Below are positions 1 to 10,139 of a stretch of DNA of 60,887 bases, piece by piece. The stretch's first letter is position 1. Every line of letters begins with the position of its first letter. This stretch comes from Candidatus Gallibacteroides avistercoris (lineage in GTDB: Bacteria; Bacteroidota; Bacteroidia; Bacteroidales; CHK158-818). The position numbers and the translations under genes were made by a program. The notes below the pieces were generated by a model. That model was not told where the DNA came from. It saw only the letters and a program-made list of their open reading frames with translations, and searched no databases. The stretch spans positions 1 through 60,887 of the forward strand of contig DVNA01000111.1 in the NCBI GenBank assembly GCA_018714665.1, written 5' to 3'.

Positions 1-215
1 TATACCAGATACGGAGTAACGGTTACAATCGCTTTTTTGTTGAAATACTTGGCAGGGAATTTTCCTGTAATAGTAGCAGCAACTTCGCCACCCACCACTT
101 CAAGCGGATTGGGGTTTACAGTAAAATAGTCTGCTGACAAGGGGCCCATTTTTTTACAGCCGGTAAAAACAACCAGCAGGGCCATCAGTAACGGTAAATA
201 AAGTTTTTTACTCAT
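1..215 (-). CDS. Lipoprotein, N-terminal part only (rest lies beyond window start); resembles the N-terminus of Bacteroidetes OmpA-family lipoproteins
   Basis: Minus-strand ATG at 213-215 opens a stop-free frame to position 1: MSKKLYLPLLMALLVVFTGCKKMGPLSADYFTVNPNPLEVVGGEVAATITGKFPAKYFNKKAIVTVTPYLV. Signal peptide with lipobox FTGC. Not in the ORF track because it is edge-truncated. Family assignment is from memory only. Confidence 0.65.
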   Translation of the reverse strand, partial: MSKKLYLPLLMALLVVFTGCKKMGPLSADYFTVNPNPLEVVGGEVAATITGKFPAKYFNKKAIVTVTPYLV

Positions 216-274
216 AACTAAGTTGTTTATTTTGGTTATACTTCTTTGTTTTTTATATTTCATAACTTTGGCGG

Positions 275-282
275 CAAAAGTA
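275..282 (-). promoter_or_regulatory. -7 box TACTTTTG (Bacteroidetes TAnnTTTG) for the edge-truncated lipoprotein gene
   Basis: The complement of 275-282 is an exact TAnnTTTG match about 60 nt upstream of ATG 215, in AT-rich spacer. Confidence 0.4.
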
Positions 283-581
283 ATACTATATTTTTAATTT
301 AGTATCTAATTAGCAAAAAAATAAATCTATTTTTCTTTCTCTATTAGAAAATATTTACACATTCAAAGCTACAAAGATAATTAATTCTCTAACAAATAAA
401 ATCTTAATACGTTTTTTTTGTTAAAAAAAGTGGCAATCGAAGAAGAAATTACCTCCTTTTATTTTTATTTTTTCACACCTGAATCGGTCTTATTCACAAA
501 CCACAAATCTCTTATTCAAATTTTCATTTGTCCATTCAACCCACATTCAGGCTATCAAAATATATATCTCAAACAAGAGGC

Positions 582-1487
582 TTATTTGCGTGCATTACGC
601 GGATGGTGGGTCAGAATCTCACTTCTCAGGTAATCTTTGTCCAGATGTACATATATCTCCGTAGTTTTGATGCTTTCATGCCCCAACATCTCTTGAATGG
701 CCCGCAAGTTCGCACCTCCTTCCAACAGGTGTGTGGCAAAGGAGTGCCGGAATGTATGGGGGCTTACCCGCTTATGGATGCCGCAAACCTGACATTGGCG
801 TTTGATAATGGTAAAAATCATCTCCCGCGTCAGTTTCGCCCCTCTCCGGTTTAAAAAAAGAATATCTTCGTTCCCCTTTTTAATATCCAACCGATTTCTG
901 TCATACAGGTATAAAGAGATCGCTTTCCGGGCCGGGACAGACAAAGGGACCAACCGCTGTTTGTTCCCTTTACCCTCCACCAGAATAAATTCCTCGTCCA
1001 TATATACCTGCGAAATTTTGAGATTGACCAGTTCGGACACCCGTAATCCGCATCCATACAGCACCTCAAAAATAGCCCGGTTACGCTGGTCTTCGGCCTT
1101 GCCTTCATTAAACGAGCCGATCAGGGTCTCGACCTCCTGTACCGTCAGGACCTGGGGCAAATGCATCCCGGTCTTAGGTGTTTCCAACAATTCCGAAGGA
1201 TCAGCTGTTATGATACGCTCCATCTGCAAATATTGGAAAAACGATTTGATGCCGGATACCACCCTGGCTTGCGAACGGGCAGAAATGCCCAGCACGTGCA
1301 ACTGCTCCATAAACAAAAGCAGGTCTTCATACCGTACCGACGTGATCAGAATCTTTCTCTCTTCCAGATAATCGTACAGTTTTTTCACATCATTGCGGTA
1401 TGCTTCGATGGTATTTTCAGAAAGACCTTTTTCCAACGCCAAGAAAGAAAGGAAATTTTTTATCAACCCTTTTTCTACAAGTATCAT
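582..1487 (-). CDS. xerD: Site-specific tyrosine recombinase XerD
   Basis: 301 aa, ATG start. N-terminal core-binding domain plus catalytic domain with GLRVSE, HTFRHSFATHLL and LGHESIKTTEIYVH motifs. Flanked by housekeeping genes. Confidence 0.9.
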   Translation of the reverse strand: MILVEKGLIKNFLSFLALEKGLSENTIEAYRNDVKKLYDYLEERKILITSVRYEDLLLFMEQLHVLGISARSQARVVSGIKSFFQYLQMERIITADPSELLETPKTGMHLPQVLTVQEVETLIGSFNEGKAEDQRNRAIFEVLYGCGLRVSELVNLKISQVYMDEEFILVEGKGNKQRLVPLSVPARKAISLYLYDRNRLDIKKGNEDILFLNRRGAKLTREMIFTIIKRQCQVCGIHKRVSPHTFRHSFATHLLEGGANLRAIQEMLGHESIKTTEIYVHLDKDYLRSEILTHHPRNARK

Positions 1488-1558
1488 AAAAAAGCTATTA
1501 CCGTACCGTAAATTTTACTACTTTTGCAGCGGATTTACATACGACCCGCAGCCTTGTA

Positions 1559-1566
1559 CAAAGATA
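1559..1566 (-). promoter_or_regulatory. -7 box TATCTTTG for xerD
   Basis: Exact TAnnTTTG on the minus strand, 72 nt upstream of ATG 1487. Confidence 0.4.
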
Positions 1567-1734
1567 GGGAATCCAGGAAAAAACAAGTTATAAAGATTTT
1601 AAAATTACCCCTATTTTCCCTCGTGTCATAAACAGAACAATACCAAAACGGGTTACATAATAAAGATCCGATGGCTTGACCATTCAAACCTTGGAGAAGG
1701 TAACCTCAACCAAATAGAATAATAGAGTAGATTT

Positions 1735-2154
1735 ATGAAGATTCTGATTATTAACGGTCCAAACCTGAACCTGCTGGGCAAACGGGAACGATCGGTTTAC
1801 GGGGACAGCTCCTTTGAAACGTATCTATCCAAGCTCCGCGCACAATATCCCCGACATCAAATCGACTACTTCCAATCAAACATCGAAGGGGAGTTGATCA
1901 ATGCCATCCACGAAAACGGATTCGGTCAGGTAAACGGTATTATTCTGAATGCCGGTGCCTATACGCACACTTCCATTGCTCTCTCCGATGCCATTCGGTC
2001 CGTTACCGTACCGGTCGTAGAGGTTCACATTTCCAACATCCATGCCCGTGAATCCTACCGCCACGTATCGATGATCGCCGCCGCCTGCAAAGGTTCTATT
2101 ATCGGGTTCGGGCTCGACTCGTATCGACTGGCCCTTGAAGCCCTATCTTTCTAA
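1735..2154 (+). CDS. aroQ: 3-dehydroquinate dehydratase, type II
   Basis: 139 aa; NGPNLNLLGKRE, NAGAYTHTSIAL and HISNIHARE signatures. Confidence 0.93.
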   Translation: MKILIINGPNLNLLGKRERSVYGDSSFETYLSKLRAQYPRHQIDYFQSNIEGELINAIHENGFGQVNGIILNAGAYTHTSIALSDAIRSVTVPVVEVHISNIHARESYRHVSMIAAACKGSIIGFGLDSYRLALEALSF

Positions 2155-2179
2155 ATAACATTTAAATACCTCTATTTTT

Positions 2180-3649
2180 ATGCCTAAATATACCAAAATT
2201 GTTGCCACCGTTTCAGACAAACGCTGCGATGTACCCTTCATCCAGGCGTTATACGAAAACGGGATGAATGTAGTCCGCATGAACTCTGCCCACCTGGATG
2301 CAGAAGGATTCGATAAAATCATCACCAATGTACGTGCCGTATCCAACAAGATAGCCATCCTGATGGATACCAAAGGTCCCGAAATGCGCACCACGGCTAT
2401 CGCCAATGATGGAAAAATTTCCTTCTCGACAGGCGATACAATCAAGGTAGTAGGAAATCCTGCACAACCGACCACCTCGGCCTGCATTGCCATCTCATAC
2501 CCCCAATTCGTCCACGACCTGTCGGTAGGAAGCCTGTTGCTGATTGACGACGGAGAGCTGGAATTCAGGGTCATTGAAAAACAGGAGGATTACCTCGTTT
2601 GCGAATCGCTGAACGAAGGAGAGCTGGGTTCGCGCAAAAGTGTCAATGTACCCGGCGTCCGCATCAACCTGCCAGCCTTGACCGAGCGGGACAAGAAAAA
2701 CATTCTGTATGCCATCGAGCACAAAATAGATTTTATCGCACACTCGTTCGTGCGCAACAAACAAGACATCCTGGATATCCAGGAGATACTCGATCGTCAC
2801 AACAGCCCCATTCAGATCATCGCCAAAATAGAGAACCAGGAAGGGGTGGACAATATCGACGAGATTTTAGATGTAGCCTACGGCGTAATGGTAGCCCGCG
2901 GCGACTTGGGCATCGAAATCCCCCAGGAAAAGATTCCGGGCATACAGCGTATACTGATTAAGAAATGTGTCTTGAAAAAGAAACCAGTTATCGTGGCCAC
3001 GCAGATGTTGCACTCGATGATCAAAAATCCCCGCCCCACCCGGGCCGAAGTAACCGACATCGCCAATGCCATCTACTACCGTACCGACGCCCTGATGCTG
3101 AGTGGAGAAACCGCTTACGGAAAATATCCGGTAGAGGCCATCGCCACCATGTCCAAAATAGCCGAGGAGGCCGAAAAGACAAAACTATCGGACAACGACA
3201 TACGCGTGGTCATATCCAGCAACGACCTCGATGTTACCTCTTTCCTGGCTAAACAGGCCGTAAAAGCGTCTGTCAAGCTGAATGTGGGCGCCATTATCAC
3301 CGACAGTTATTCCGGCCGTACCGCCCGCTACCTGGCCGCCTACCGGGGCAAGCACCCCGTTTTTGCCATCTGTTACAACGAAAACGTGATGCGCCAGCTG
3401 GCTCTGTCGTACGGAATCTTTCCGATATTTTTGGCAGAAACGCCCACCACACGAGAATACCTGTACAAAGGACTCAACAAACTCCTGCAAAAAAAGCTGC
3501 TCACCACTGACGAACTTATCGCCTACGTAGGAGGAGCCTTCGGCGAAAAGGGAGGAACAACTTTCCTCGAAATCAACCAAGTAGGGAAAATATTGAGTTC
3601 ATACGACAAATACCTCATCCCTAACCTCGAAGAGTCCGAAAAAAAATAG
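2180..3649 (+). CDS. pyk: Pyruvate kinase
   Basis: 489 aa; MDTKGPEMRT and MVARGDLGIEIP motifs; 25 nt after aroQ. Confidence 0.93.
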   Translation: MPKYTKIVATVSDKRCDVPFIQALYENGMNVVRMNSAHLDAEGFDKIITNVRAVSNKIAILMDTKGPEMRTTAIANDGKISFSTGDTIKVVGNPAQPTTSACIAISYPQFVHDLSVGSLLLIDDGELEFRVIEKQEDYLVCESLNEGELGSRKSVNVPGVRINLPALTERDKKNILYAIEHKIDFIAHSFVRNKQDILDIQEILDRHNSPIQIIAKIENQEGVDNIDEILDVAYGVMVARGDLGIEIPQEKIPGIQRILIKKCVLKKKPVIVATQMLHSMIKNPRPTRAEVTDIANAIYYRTDALMLSGETAYGKYPVEAIATMSKIAEEAEKTKLSDNDIRVVISSNDLDVTSFLAKQAVKASVKLNVGAIITDSYSGRTARYLAAYRGKHPVFAICYNENVMRQLALSYGIFPIFLAETPTTREYLYKGLNKLLQKKLLTTDELIAYVGGAFGEKGGTTFLEINQVGKILSSYDKYLIPNLEESEKK

Positions 3650-3661
3650 GGAATACCCGTT

Positions 3662-4294
3662 ATGGAACAGGAACTGGAACAGTACATCCTCCATCACATC
3701 GACAACGAAGGACAACTGCTTTCGCAGCTCAACCGCGATACCCATGTCAATCTGCTTCGCCCCCGAATGTTGTCCGGACATCTGCAAGGGCGGATTCTTA
3801 AAATGATTTGCCGGATGATTTCGCCCGTCCGGATTCTGGAACTGGGTACCTTTACCGGGTATTCCGCCCTGTGCATGGCCGAAGCGTTGCCGGACAACGG
3901 AGAGTTGCATACCATCGAAATAGACGACGAACTGGAAACGTTCATCCTGAAATATTTCGACCGCTCGCCATACCGCGACCGCATCCACCTGCACATCGGA
4001 GATGCCCGCGAGGTAGTTCCCCAGCTCGACGGGCCCTTCGACATGGTCTTCATTGACGCCAACAAGCGGCTCTACTGTGACTATTACGACCTTGTTTTCG
4101 ACAAGGTACGGCCGGGCGGATTCATCCTGGCCGACAATACCCTCTGGGACGGAAAAATTCTGCAACCGCCTCTTCCCAGCGATGCACAGACCATCGGGAT
4201 CATGCGTTTCAACGAAAAGATAGCCGCCGATACCCGTGTAGAGAAAGTCATCCTCCCCCTTCGGGACGGACTGACCCTCATTTACAAAAAATAA
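3662..4294 (+). CDS. Class I SAM-dependent O-methyltransferase (caffeoyl-CoA O-methyltransferase-like)
   Basis: 210 aa; SAM-binding ILELGTFTGYSAL and FIDANK motifs typical of the family. Confidence 0.8.
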   Translation: MEQELEQYILHHIDNEGQLLSQLNRDTHVNLLRPRMLSGHLQGRILKMICRMISPVRILELGTFTGYSALCMAEALPDNGELHTIEIDDELETFILKYFDRSPYRDRIHLHIGDAREVVPQLDGPFDMVFIDANKRLYCDYYDLVFDKVRPGGFILADNTLWDGKILQPPLPSDAQTIGIMRFNEKIAADTRVEKVILPLRDGLTLIYKK

Positions 4295-4341
4295 AATCTG
4301 CAACTATCCCGCCCAAAATAGGCCGTTTAAGAAAAAAAACG

Positions 4342-4349
4342 TATTTTTG
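4342..4349 (+). promoter_or_regulatory. -7 box TATTTTTG for rbfA
   Basis: Exact match 72 nt upstream of ATG 4421; the stem-loop at 4363-4391 falls in the predicted leader. Confidence 0.4.
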
Positions 4350-4362
4350 GACAACAATATCC

Positions 4363-4391
4363 GCTTCTGTTCCGTTAAACGGAGCAGAAGC
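4363..4391 (+). other. 12-bp stem-loop in the predicted rbfA leader
   Basis: GCTTCTGTTCCG-TTAAA-CGGAGCAGAAGC; 11 Watson-Crick pairs plus one G-U; no U-tract. Confidence 0.6.
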
Positions 4392-4420
4392 CTATTTATA
4401 ACGCCATAAAACCGACAAAC

Positions 4421-4756
4421 ATGGAAACTACCCGCCAAAATAAGATCGCACGGTTGTTGCAAAAAGAGTTAAGCGACATCTTCCTGGGTGAAACCCGCAA
4501 GACCCACGGTATACTCATTTCGGTAAGCGCCGTACGCATCAGTCCCGATTTGAGCATCGCCAAGGTCTATTTAAGCATCTTCCCTTCCGAAAAAGCACAA
4601 GAGATCCTGAGCTCCATCCAGAACAACGCCAAACAGGTCCGTTACGACCTGGCGCAACGGGTACGGATGCAGCTGCGCAAAATTCCCGAATTGTCATTCT
4701 TCATTGACGATTCACTCGATTACATCGAAAAAATAGACGCGTTGCTCCACCCATAA
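4421..4756 (+). CDS. rbfA: Ribosome-binding factor A
   Basis: 111 aa; size and sequence (VRISPDLSIAKVYLS..., RKIPELSFFIDDS) typical of RbfA; followed by an FtsX-like permease, as I recall is usual in Bacteroidetes. Confidence 0.85.
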   Translation: METTRQNKIARLLQKELSDIFLGETRKTHGILISVSAVRISPDLSIAKVYLSIFPSEKAQEILSSIQNNAKQVRYDLAQRVRMQLRKIPELSFFIDDSLDYIEKIDALLHP

Positions 4757-4779
4757 ACCACCAACCTTTTCGGAGCCGG

Positions 4780-6003
4780 ATGAACCTACCTCTCAAAATA
4801 GCCAAACGCTACCTGGTATCTAAAAAATCGCACAGCGTCATCAATATCATCTCGCTGGTATCTGTATGCGGCATAGCCATCGCCTCGATGGCATTGGTGT
4901 GCGTTTTGTCGGTATTCAACGGATTTCAGGACTTGATAGCATCGTTGTTCTCGACCATCGATCCGCAAATCAAGGTAATACCCATCCAGGGAAAAACGTT
5001 CGACGCTTCTGACCCGGCCATCCAAGAAATGGCACAATGGCCTGAAATAGCCCAAATATCGCCCGTTATAGAAGAAAACGTGTTGCTGATTTACGGCGAC
5101 CGACAGGTCCCCGCCCTGCTCAAAGGGGTAACCAACCAGTACGAAAAACAAACCCGCATCGACGACATCATCATAGACGGACATTTCCTCCTGCACGACA
5201 CCGTTACCGATTACGCCACCATAGGGGTCGGACTGGCCAACTCGTTGGCTACCGGTGCCGGATTCAGGCGACCACTCATGGCATACGTACCCAAACGGAA
5301 AGCCCGTATCAACATGGCCAATCCCTCCTCCTCGCTATCCTCGGGAAGACTCTTTATGACAGCTGTATTCCGGGTAAATCAGGCCGAATACGATGACCAG
5401 CTGGCCATTGTACCCATCGACTTCGCCCGCCGGTTATTCGATTATACCACCGAGGCGTCGGCCCTTGAAATCACCTTGCAGAAAAATGCCAACGAAGCCA
5501 ATATCATGGAACGCATCCAAGGACAATTGGGCGACAACTTCGAGGTAAAAAACAGAATAGAGCAAAAAGAGGCCTCGTTCAAGATGGTACAGATAGAGAA
5601 ATGGATGTCGTACCTCATTTTGGGATTTATCCTGATGATTGCCTCGTTCAACGCCATCGGTTCGCTCTCGATGCTGATTATCGACAAAAAGGCAGATATC
5701 GACACACTAAAAAGTTTAGGAGCAGACAACCGGCTCATCTCCCGCATCTTCTTGACCGAGGGGTGGCTTATCTCCGCCGTAGGGGCCGTAACGGGTATTA
5801 TCATAGGGATTTTGCTGTGCTGGGGACAACAGACCTTCGGCTGGATCAAACTGGGAGAGATGTCCGAAGCCTTCATCATCGAGGCCTATCCCGTCTCCGT
5901 CCAGCTGCTCGACATTGCAGCGGTACTGGCCCTGGTGCTTCTCCTGGGATTCTTTACGGCATGGTATCCGGTAAGATACCTGAAAAACATCTGGATGAAA
6001 TAG
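4780..6003 (+). CDS. FtsX-like ABC transporter permease (LolE-like)
   Basis: 407 aa; N-terminal TM helix, large extracytoplasmic loop, C-terminal three-helix FtsX domain. Confidence 0.8.
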   Translation: MNLPLKIAKRYLVSKKSHSVINIISLVSVCGIAIASMALVCVLSVFNGFQDLIASLFSTIDPQIKVIPIQGKTFDASDPAIQEMAQWPEIAQISPVIEENVLLIYGDRQVPALLKGVTNQYEKQTRIDDIIIDGHFLLHDTVTDYATIGVGLANSLATGAGFRRPLMAYVPKRKARINMANPSSSLSSGRLFMTAVFRVNQAEYDDQLAIVPIDFARRLFDYTTEASALEITLQKNANEANIMERIQGQLGDNFEVKNRIEQKEASFKMVQIEKWMSYLILGFILMIASFNAIGSLSMLIIDKKADIDTLKSLGADNRLISRIFLTEGWLISAVGAVTGIIIGILLCWGQQTFGWIKLGEMSEAFIIEAYPVSVQLLDIAAVLALVLLLGFFTAWYPVRYLKNIWMK

Positions 6004-6055
6004 ACATTCCTGTCCCGACTCCTCCCTCAATTACCGATGCACAAATTTTAGAAAC

Positions 6056-6092
6056 AAAAAAACAGCCCGTTCCAAGAACAGGCTGTTTTTTT
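6056..6092. terminator. Bidirectional intrinsic terminator between the convergent FtsX-like gene and pnp
   Basis: A7-CAGCCCGTTC-CAA-GAACAGGCTG-T7; 9 bp plus one mismatch. Confidence 0.8.
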
Positions 6093-6113
6093 AGATTGTT
6101 TCCGAAATATTTA

Positions 6114-8339
6114 TTACTCTTCGGTCTCTTTGCTTTCTTTATTCTCCTTGTTTTCCTTGCGGTTGTCTCTGCGACCTTTGCGGTCGTGCTTTTCTCCGCC
6201 CTTGTTTTCGCGTTCGGCACGCGGAGGACGCGGCGTAAGCGCCTTCATCGACAAGCGGAATTTTCCGGTCTTCTTATCTATTTCAATCAGTTTGACCGTT
6301 ACCTCATCACCTTCCTTGATTCCGGAATTTTCCATGTTATCGATACGATCCCAACTGATTTCCGAAATATGCAACAGGCCGTCTTTTCCGGGCAAGAATT
6401 CAACAAAAGCACCGAATGCCATGATGTTCTTGACAATCCCCTTATAGACCTCTCCCTCTTCTGGAACAGCAATAATCGCCTTGATCTTGGCCATGGCACA
6501 TTCAATGGCATCGCGACCCGGTGCACACACCTCTACGCGTCCGCCGTTGTCCACTTCGTCAATGGTAACAATGGCACCGCTTTCTTCCTGAATCCCCTGG
6601 ATCACTTTTCCGCCCGGGCCGATGATGGCACCGATCATATCTTTGGGAACCATGATCACCTCGATGCGCGGAGCGTGCGGTTTCAGTTCGGGACGCGGAG
6701 CCGGGAGGGTTTCCAGAATCTTTCCGAGAATATGCAGACGTCCTTCGCGGGCCTGAGCCAACGCTTTTTCCAGAATTTCATAAGAAAGACCGTCTACTTT
6801 AATATCCATTTGGGTAGCAGTAATACCGTCTTTGGTACCGGTAACCTTGAAGTCCATATCTCCCAAATGGTCTTCATCGCCGAGGATGTCTGAAAGAACG
6901 GCAAATTTTTCGTTCCCTTTATCGGTAATAAGCCCCATGGCGATACCGGAAACCGGTTTCTTAATCTGGATACCGGCATCCATCAACGCCAACGTACCGG
7001 CACAAACGGTTGCCATGGAGGAGGATCCGTTCGATTCCAGAATATCCGAAACGATGCGGATAACATAAGGATTATCGTCGGGCAACATCCGTTTCAAGGC
7101 GCGGTGTGCCAGGTTTCCATGCCCGATTTCCCGACGGCCTACGCCTCTTACCGGACGGGCCTCTCCCGTGGAGAAGGGCGGGAAGTTATAATGCAGCATG
7201 AATCGTTCTCTTCCTTGATTCAGGGCATCGTCTATAATCTTTTCATCCAATTTGGTCCCGAGCGTAACGGTTGACAACGATTGTGTCTCACCACGCGTAA
7301 AGATAGAGGAGCCGTGTGCTCCGGGCAGATAACCCACTTCGCTCCAAATGGGACGAATCTGGGTGGTGGTACGTCCGTCCAAACGTTTGCCTTCGTCCAG
7401 AATACTGCGACGCATGGCCTCTTTTTCCACTTCGTGATAATAACGGGACACCAAACCCTTCTTCTCTTCTGCCACTTCGGGATCCATGGCTGCCAGATAC
7501 TCTTCTTCGATGGCGGCAAAGGCTTCGGTACGCGCGTGTTTGTTCGGATTGCACGAGGTGGCTACGGCGTAAGCCTTGTCATAACATTTTTCCCAAATAT
7601 CTTTGCGCAACTCTTCGTCGTTTTCTTCATGACAATAGGTACGCTTCACGGTAGAGCCCACCTCTTGGGCCAATTCTATCTGGGCCTGGCACTGAATCTT
7701 AATGGCTTCATGGGCAAATTTCAAGGCTTCGAGCAGCTCTGCTTCCGAAACTTCGTTCATTTCGCCCTCTACCATCATGATGTTGTCGATGGTAGCACCT
7801 ACCATCAATTCGATATCGGCCCGTTCTGTCTCTTCAAAAGTAGGGTTGATTTTGAACTCTCCGTCGATGCGGGCAACACGTACTTCGGAGATAGGCCCGT
7901 TAAAGGGGATATCCGATACGGCCAAAGCCGCCGATGCAGCCAATCCGGCCAAAGCATCCGGCATATCTTTGCCGTCGGCAGAATAGAGGGTTATGTTTAC
8001 ATATACTTCTGCATGAAAATCGTCGGGGAACAAGGGACGCAAGGCCCGATCGACCAACCGGCACGTCAGGATTTCCGAGTCGGAAGCCCGCCCTTCCCTG
8101 CGGGTAAAACCTCCGGGGAAACGGCCAAATGCCGAGAATTTTTCTTTGTACTCTACTTGCAGGGGCATAAAATCCGTACCGGGTACAGCATCTTTTGCCG
8201 CTACGACCGTGGCCAACAACATGGTATCGCCCATGCGCACCATGACAGCTCCATCCGCCTGTTTGGCCAGTTTTCCTGTTTCAATCGTAATGGTTCTTCC
8301 GTCGGCCATTTCGATTGTCTTCACAATAGGATTAATCAT
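6114..8339 (-). CDS. pnp: Polyribonucleotide nucleotidyltransferase (PNPase)
   Basis: 741 aa; two RNase PH domains, KH and S1 domains, basic C-terminal tail. Confidence 0.95.
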   Translation of the reverse strand: MINPIVKTIEMADGRTITIETGKLAKQADGAVMVRMGDTMLLATVVAAKDAVPGTDFMPLQVEYKEKFSAFGRFPGGFTRREGRASDSEILTCRLVDRALRPLFPDDFHAEVYVNITLYSADGKDMPDALAGLAASAALAVSDIPFNGPISEVRVARIDGEFKINPTFEETERADIELMVGATIDNIMMVEGEMNEVSEAELLEALKFAHEAIKIQCQAQIELAQEVGSTVKRTYCHEENDEELRKDIWEKCYDKAYAVATSCNPNKHARTEAFAAIEEEYLAAMDPEVAEEKKGLVSRYYHEVEKEAMRRSILDEGKRLDGRTTTQIRPIWSEVGYLPGAHGSSIFTRGETQSLSTVTLGTKLDEKIIDDALNQGRERFMLHYNFPPFSTGEARPVRGVGRREIGHGNLAHRALKRMLPDDNPYVIRIVSDILESNGSSSMATVCAGTLALMDAGIQIKKPVSGIAMGLITDKGNEKFAVLSDILGDEDHLGDMDFKVTGTKDGITATQMDIKVDGLSYEILEKALAQAREGRLHILGKILETLPAPRPELKPHAPRIEVIMVPKDMIGAIIGPGGKVIQGIQEESGAIVTIDEVDNGGRVEVCAPGRDAIECAMAKIKAIIAVPEEGEVYKGIVKNIMAFGAFVEFLPGKDGLLHISEISWDRIDNMENSGIKEGDEVTVKLIEIDKKTGKFRLSMKALTPRPPRAERENKGGEKHDRKGRRDNRKENKENKESKETEE

Positions 8340-8379
8340 AAAACTTTTTTACTTTTATTCACTTTCTATTCTATCGTTG

Positions 8380-8387
8380 CAAAGATA
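8380..8387 (-). promoter_or_regulatory. -7 box TATCTTTG for pnp
   Basis: Exact match 41 nt upstream of ATG 8339, just downstream of the GH3 terminator. Confidence 0.5.
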
Positions 8388-8422
8388 CACAAAGTTTAGT
8401 GGTAACAAGGTGAATATAAAAG

Positions 8423-8450
8423 AAAAATGAGCATTTTCATGCTCATTTTT
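8423..8450 (-). terminator. Intrinsic terminator after the GH3-family gene
   Basis: AAAAATGAGCAT-TTTC-ATGCTCATTTTT; 8-bp core stem flanked by A5/T5, 9 nt beyond the stop. Confidence 0.75.
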
Positions 8451-8458
8451 AGGTTATC

Positions 8459-9970
8459 TTATATTTTGTTCATCTTTATCAGTTCGTCCATAATGTCGCG
8501 GTTGTTGCTCAACCGGGGTATTTTATGCTGTCCTCCGAGTTTTCCCTTCTCCCGAAGCCAATCCTGAAACAGGTGAGGCCGGGCTGTCTCTATCGAAAGA
8601 CGATCCAATGCTATGCTCCCGTAACGCTTGGCTTCGTAATCGGAATTGAGCTCCTGCAAGGCAGCATCCAGGGTGTCGGCAAACGCTTCTACCGATGCCG
8701 GAGCTTTTGCAAACTCTATCATCCACTGGTGATGGGCCTTTTTCCCGCCTTCCATAAAGACCGGGGCGGCAGAGTAATCCACTATCTCGGCTCCGGTACG
8801 GGCACAGGCTACGGCCAGTCCCTTGTCGGCATTATCCACCATCAGCTCTTCGCCGAAAGCGTTGATAAAATGTTTGGTACGTCCCGACACCTGTATCTTG
8901 TAGGGACTGACGGAGGTGAATTTTACCGTATCGCCTATCTGGTAACGCCACAACCCGCTATTGGTGGTAATGACAACGGCGTAGTTTTTTCCTACTTCTG
9001 TCTCCCAGAGGGGTATTACGCGGGGATTTTCTTTCCCAACCTCTTCCAAGGGAATAAATTCAAAAAAGATTCCCAGGTCGATCATCAGCAACATACCGGC
9101 ATCGTTCAGGTCATTCTGTACGGCAAAAAAGCCTTCGGAGGCGTTGTAGGTCTCTACATAATGCATCTTGTCCGAGGGGATAAGCTCCTTATACTGTTCC
9201 CGGTAAGGAGTAAAGCTGATGCCTCCATGGAAAAATACTTCCAGATTTGGCCACACTTCGGTCAGATTCTGTTTCCCGGTTTTCTCCAAAATACGTTTAA
9301 TCAGTACGAGAAACCACGAGGGAACACCCGAAAGGTTGGTAATGTTTTCATGGATTGTACTGTCGGCCATCGCTTCGAGCTTCACATCCCAATGCTCCAT
9401 CAAGGCAATCTCTTTTTTGGGGACGCGTATGTAGTTCACCAACGGATGGACATTTTCTATCAATATGGCGGACAAATCGCCGTAATAACTGTTTTTTGAA
9501 AACAAATTAACGCTATGGCTACCTCCCAAAATCAACCCCTTTCCCGAAAAGAAACGGCTCTGGGGATTCATCTGCAAATAGAGGGCCACGCAATCCTGTC
9601 CTCCCTGATAGTGGCATTTATGAAGCGCCTCCTTGCTGACGGGGATAAATTTGCTCTTGTCGTTGGTGGTTCCCGACGATTTGGCAAACCACTTGATCTG
9701 CGAAGGCCAAATCAGGTTCGACTCTCCCTGTTTCATCCGTTCTACATAGGGTTTGAGCTCTTCGTAGGTAATCAAGGGAAGACGACAGGCAAACTCCTGA
9801 TAGCTACGGATCGATGCAAAATCGTACTGTTTTCCGTATGCCGTATTTCTGGCACGTTCCAACAAATCGGCCAACACTCCCTGCTGAATGGCTTCTGCCT
9901 CAGTATTAAAACGAGCAATCTGTTTTAGCCGAGAATCAAATAGATGAGATAATAGTTTTGTTACACTCAT
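8459..9970 (-). CDS. GH3 auxin-responsive promoter family protein (adenylate-forming superfamily)
   Basis: Track ORF 8459..10000. I prefer ATG at 9968-9970 (MSVTKLLSHLF...) because a TATTTTTG -7 box (complement of 9998-10005) lies inside the longer ORF. Sequence is typical of the Bacteroidetes GH3 family. Confidence 0.8.
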   Translation of the reverse strand: MSVTKLLSHLFDSRLKQIARFNTEAEAIQQGVLADLLERARNTAYGKQYDFASIRSYQEFACRLPLITYEELKPYVERMKQGESNLIWPSQIKWFAKSSGTTNDKSKFIPVSKEALHKCHYQGGQDCVALYLQMNPQSRFFSGKGLILGGSHSVNLFSKNSYYGDLSAILIENVHPLVNYIRVPKKEIALMEHWDVKLEAMADSTIHENITNLSGVPSWFLVLIKRILEKTGKQNLTEVWPNLEVFFHGGISFTPYREQYKELIPSDKMHYVETYNASEGFFAVQNDLNDAGMLLMIDLGIFFEFIPLEEVGKENPRVIPLWETEVGKNYAVVITTNSGLWRYQIGDTVKFTSVSPYKIQVSGRTKHFINAFGEELMVDNADKGLAVACARTGAEIVDYSAAPVFMEGGKKAHHQWMIEFAKAPASVEAFADTLDAALQELNSDYEAKRYGSIALDRLSIETARPHLFQDWLREKGKLGGQHKIPRLSNNRDIMDELIKMNKI

Positions 9971-9997
9971 AACAATTATCCATAAATATCCAAAACA

Positions 9998-10005
9998 CAA
10001 AAATA
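9998..10005 (-). promoter_or_regulatory. -7 box TATTTTTG for the GH3-family gene
   Basis: Exact match 28 nt upstream of ATG 9970. Confidence 0.5.
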
Positions 10006-10139
10006 CACAGTTATTACGAGCTGGGCAACATTTTTTTCTCGAATTCTTCTCCCTGCTATTTATTTACGGACAATCATATTTTTCTCTTTCCAACGACAAT
10101 ACCGACATCGCGTCGGCTCAAATAAGAAGAGCAGATTGG

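Noticed and set aside
418-854. Small plus-strand ORFs (71 and 108 codons) at the xerD 3' end
   Set aside because: One lies in a very AT-rich spacer and the other is antisense to xerD. Neither has a plausible promoter or a protein-like sequence.
582-1487. Tyrosine recombinase as a possible marker of an integrated mobile element
   Set aside because: The sequence and size are XerD-like. Neighbours on both sides are housekeeping genes (aroQ, pyk). I see no flanking repeats, tRNA target, excisionase or cargo genes.
5601-8399. 430- and 372-codon plus-strand ORFs (5601..6893 and 7281..8399)
   Set aside because: The first starts out of frame inside the FtsX-like gene, reads through the bidirectional terminator and then runs codon-aligned antisense to pnp. 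The second is also antisense to pnp. PNPase domains are unambiguous on the other strand.
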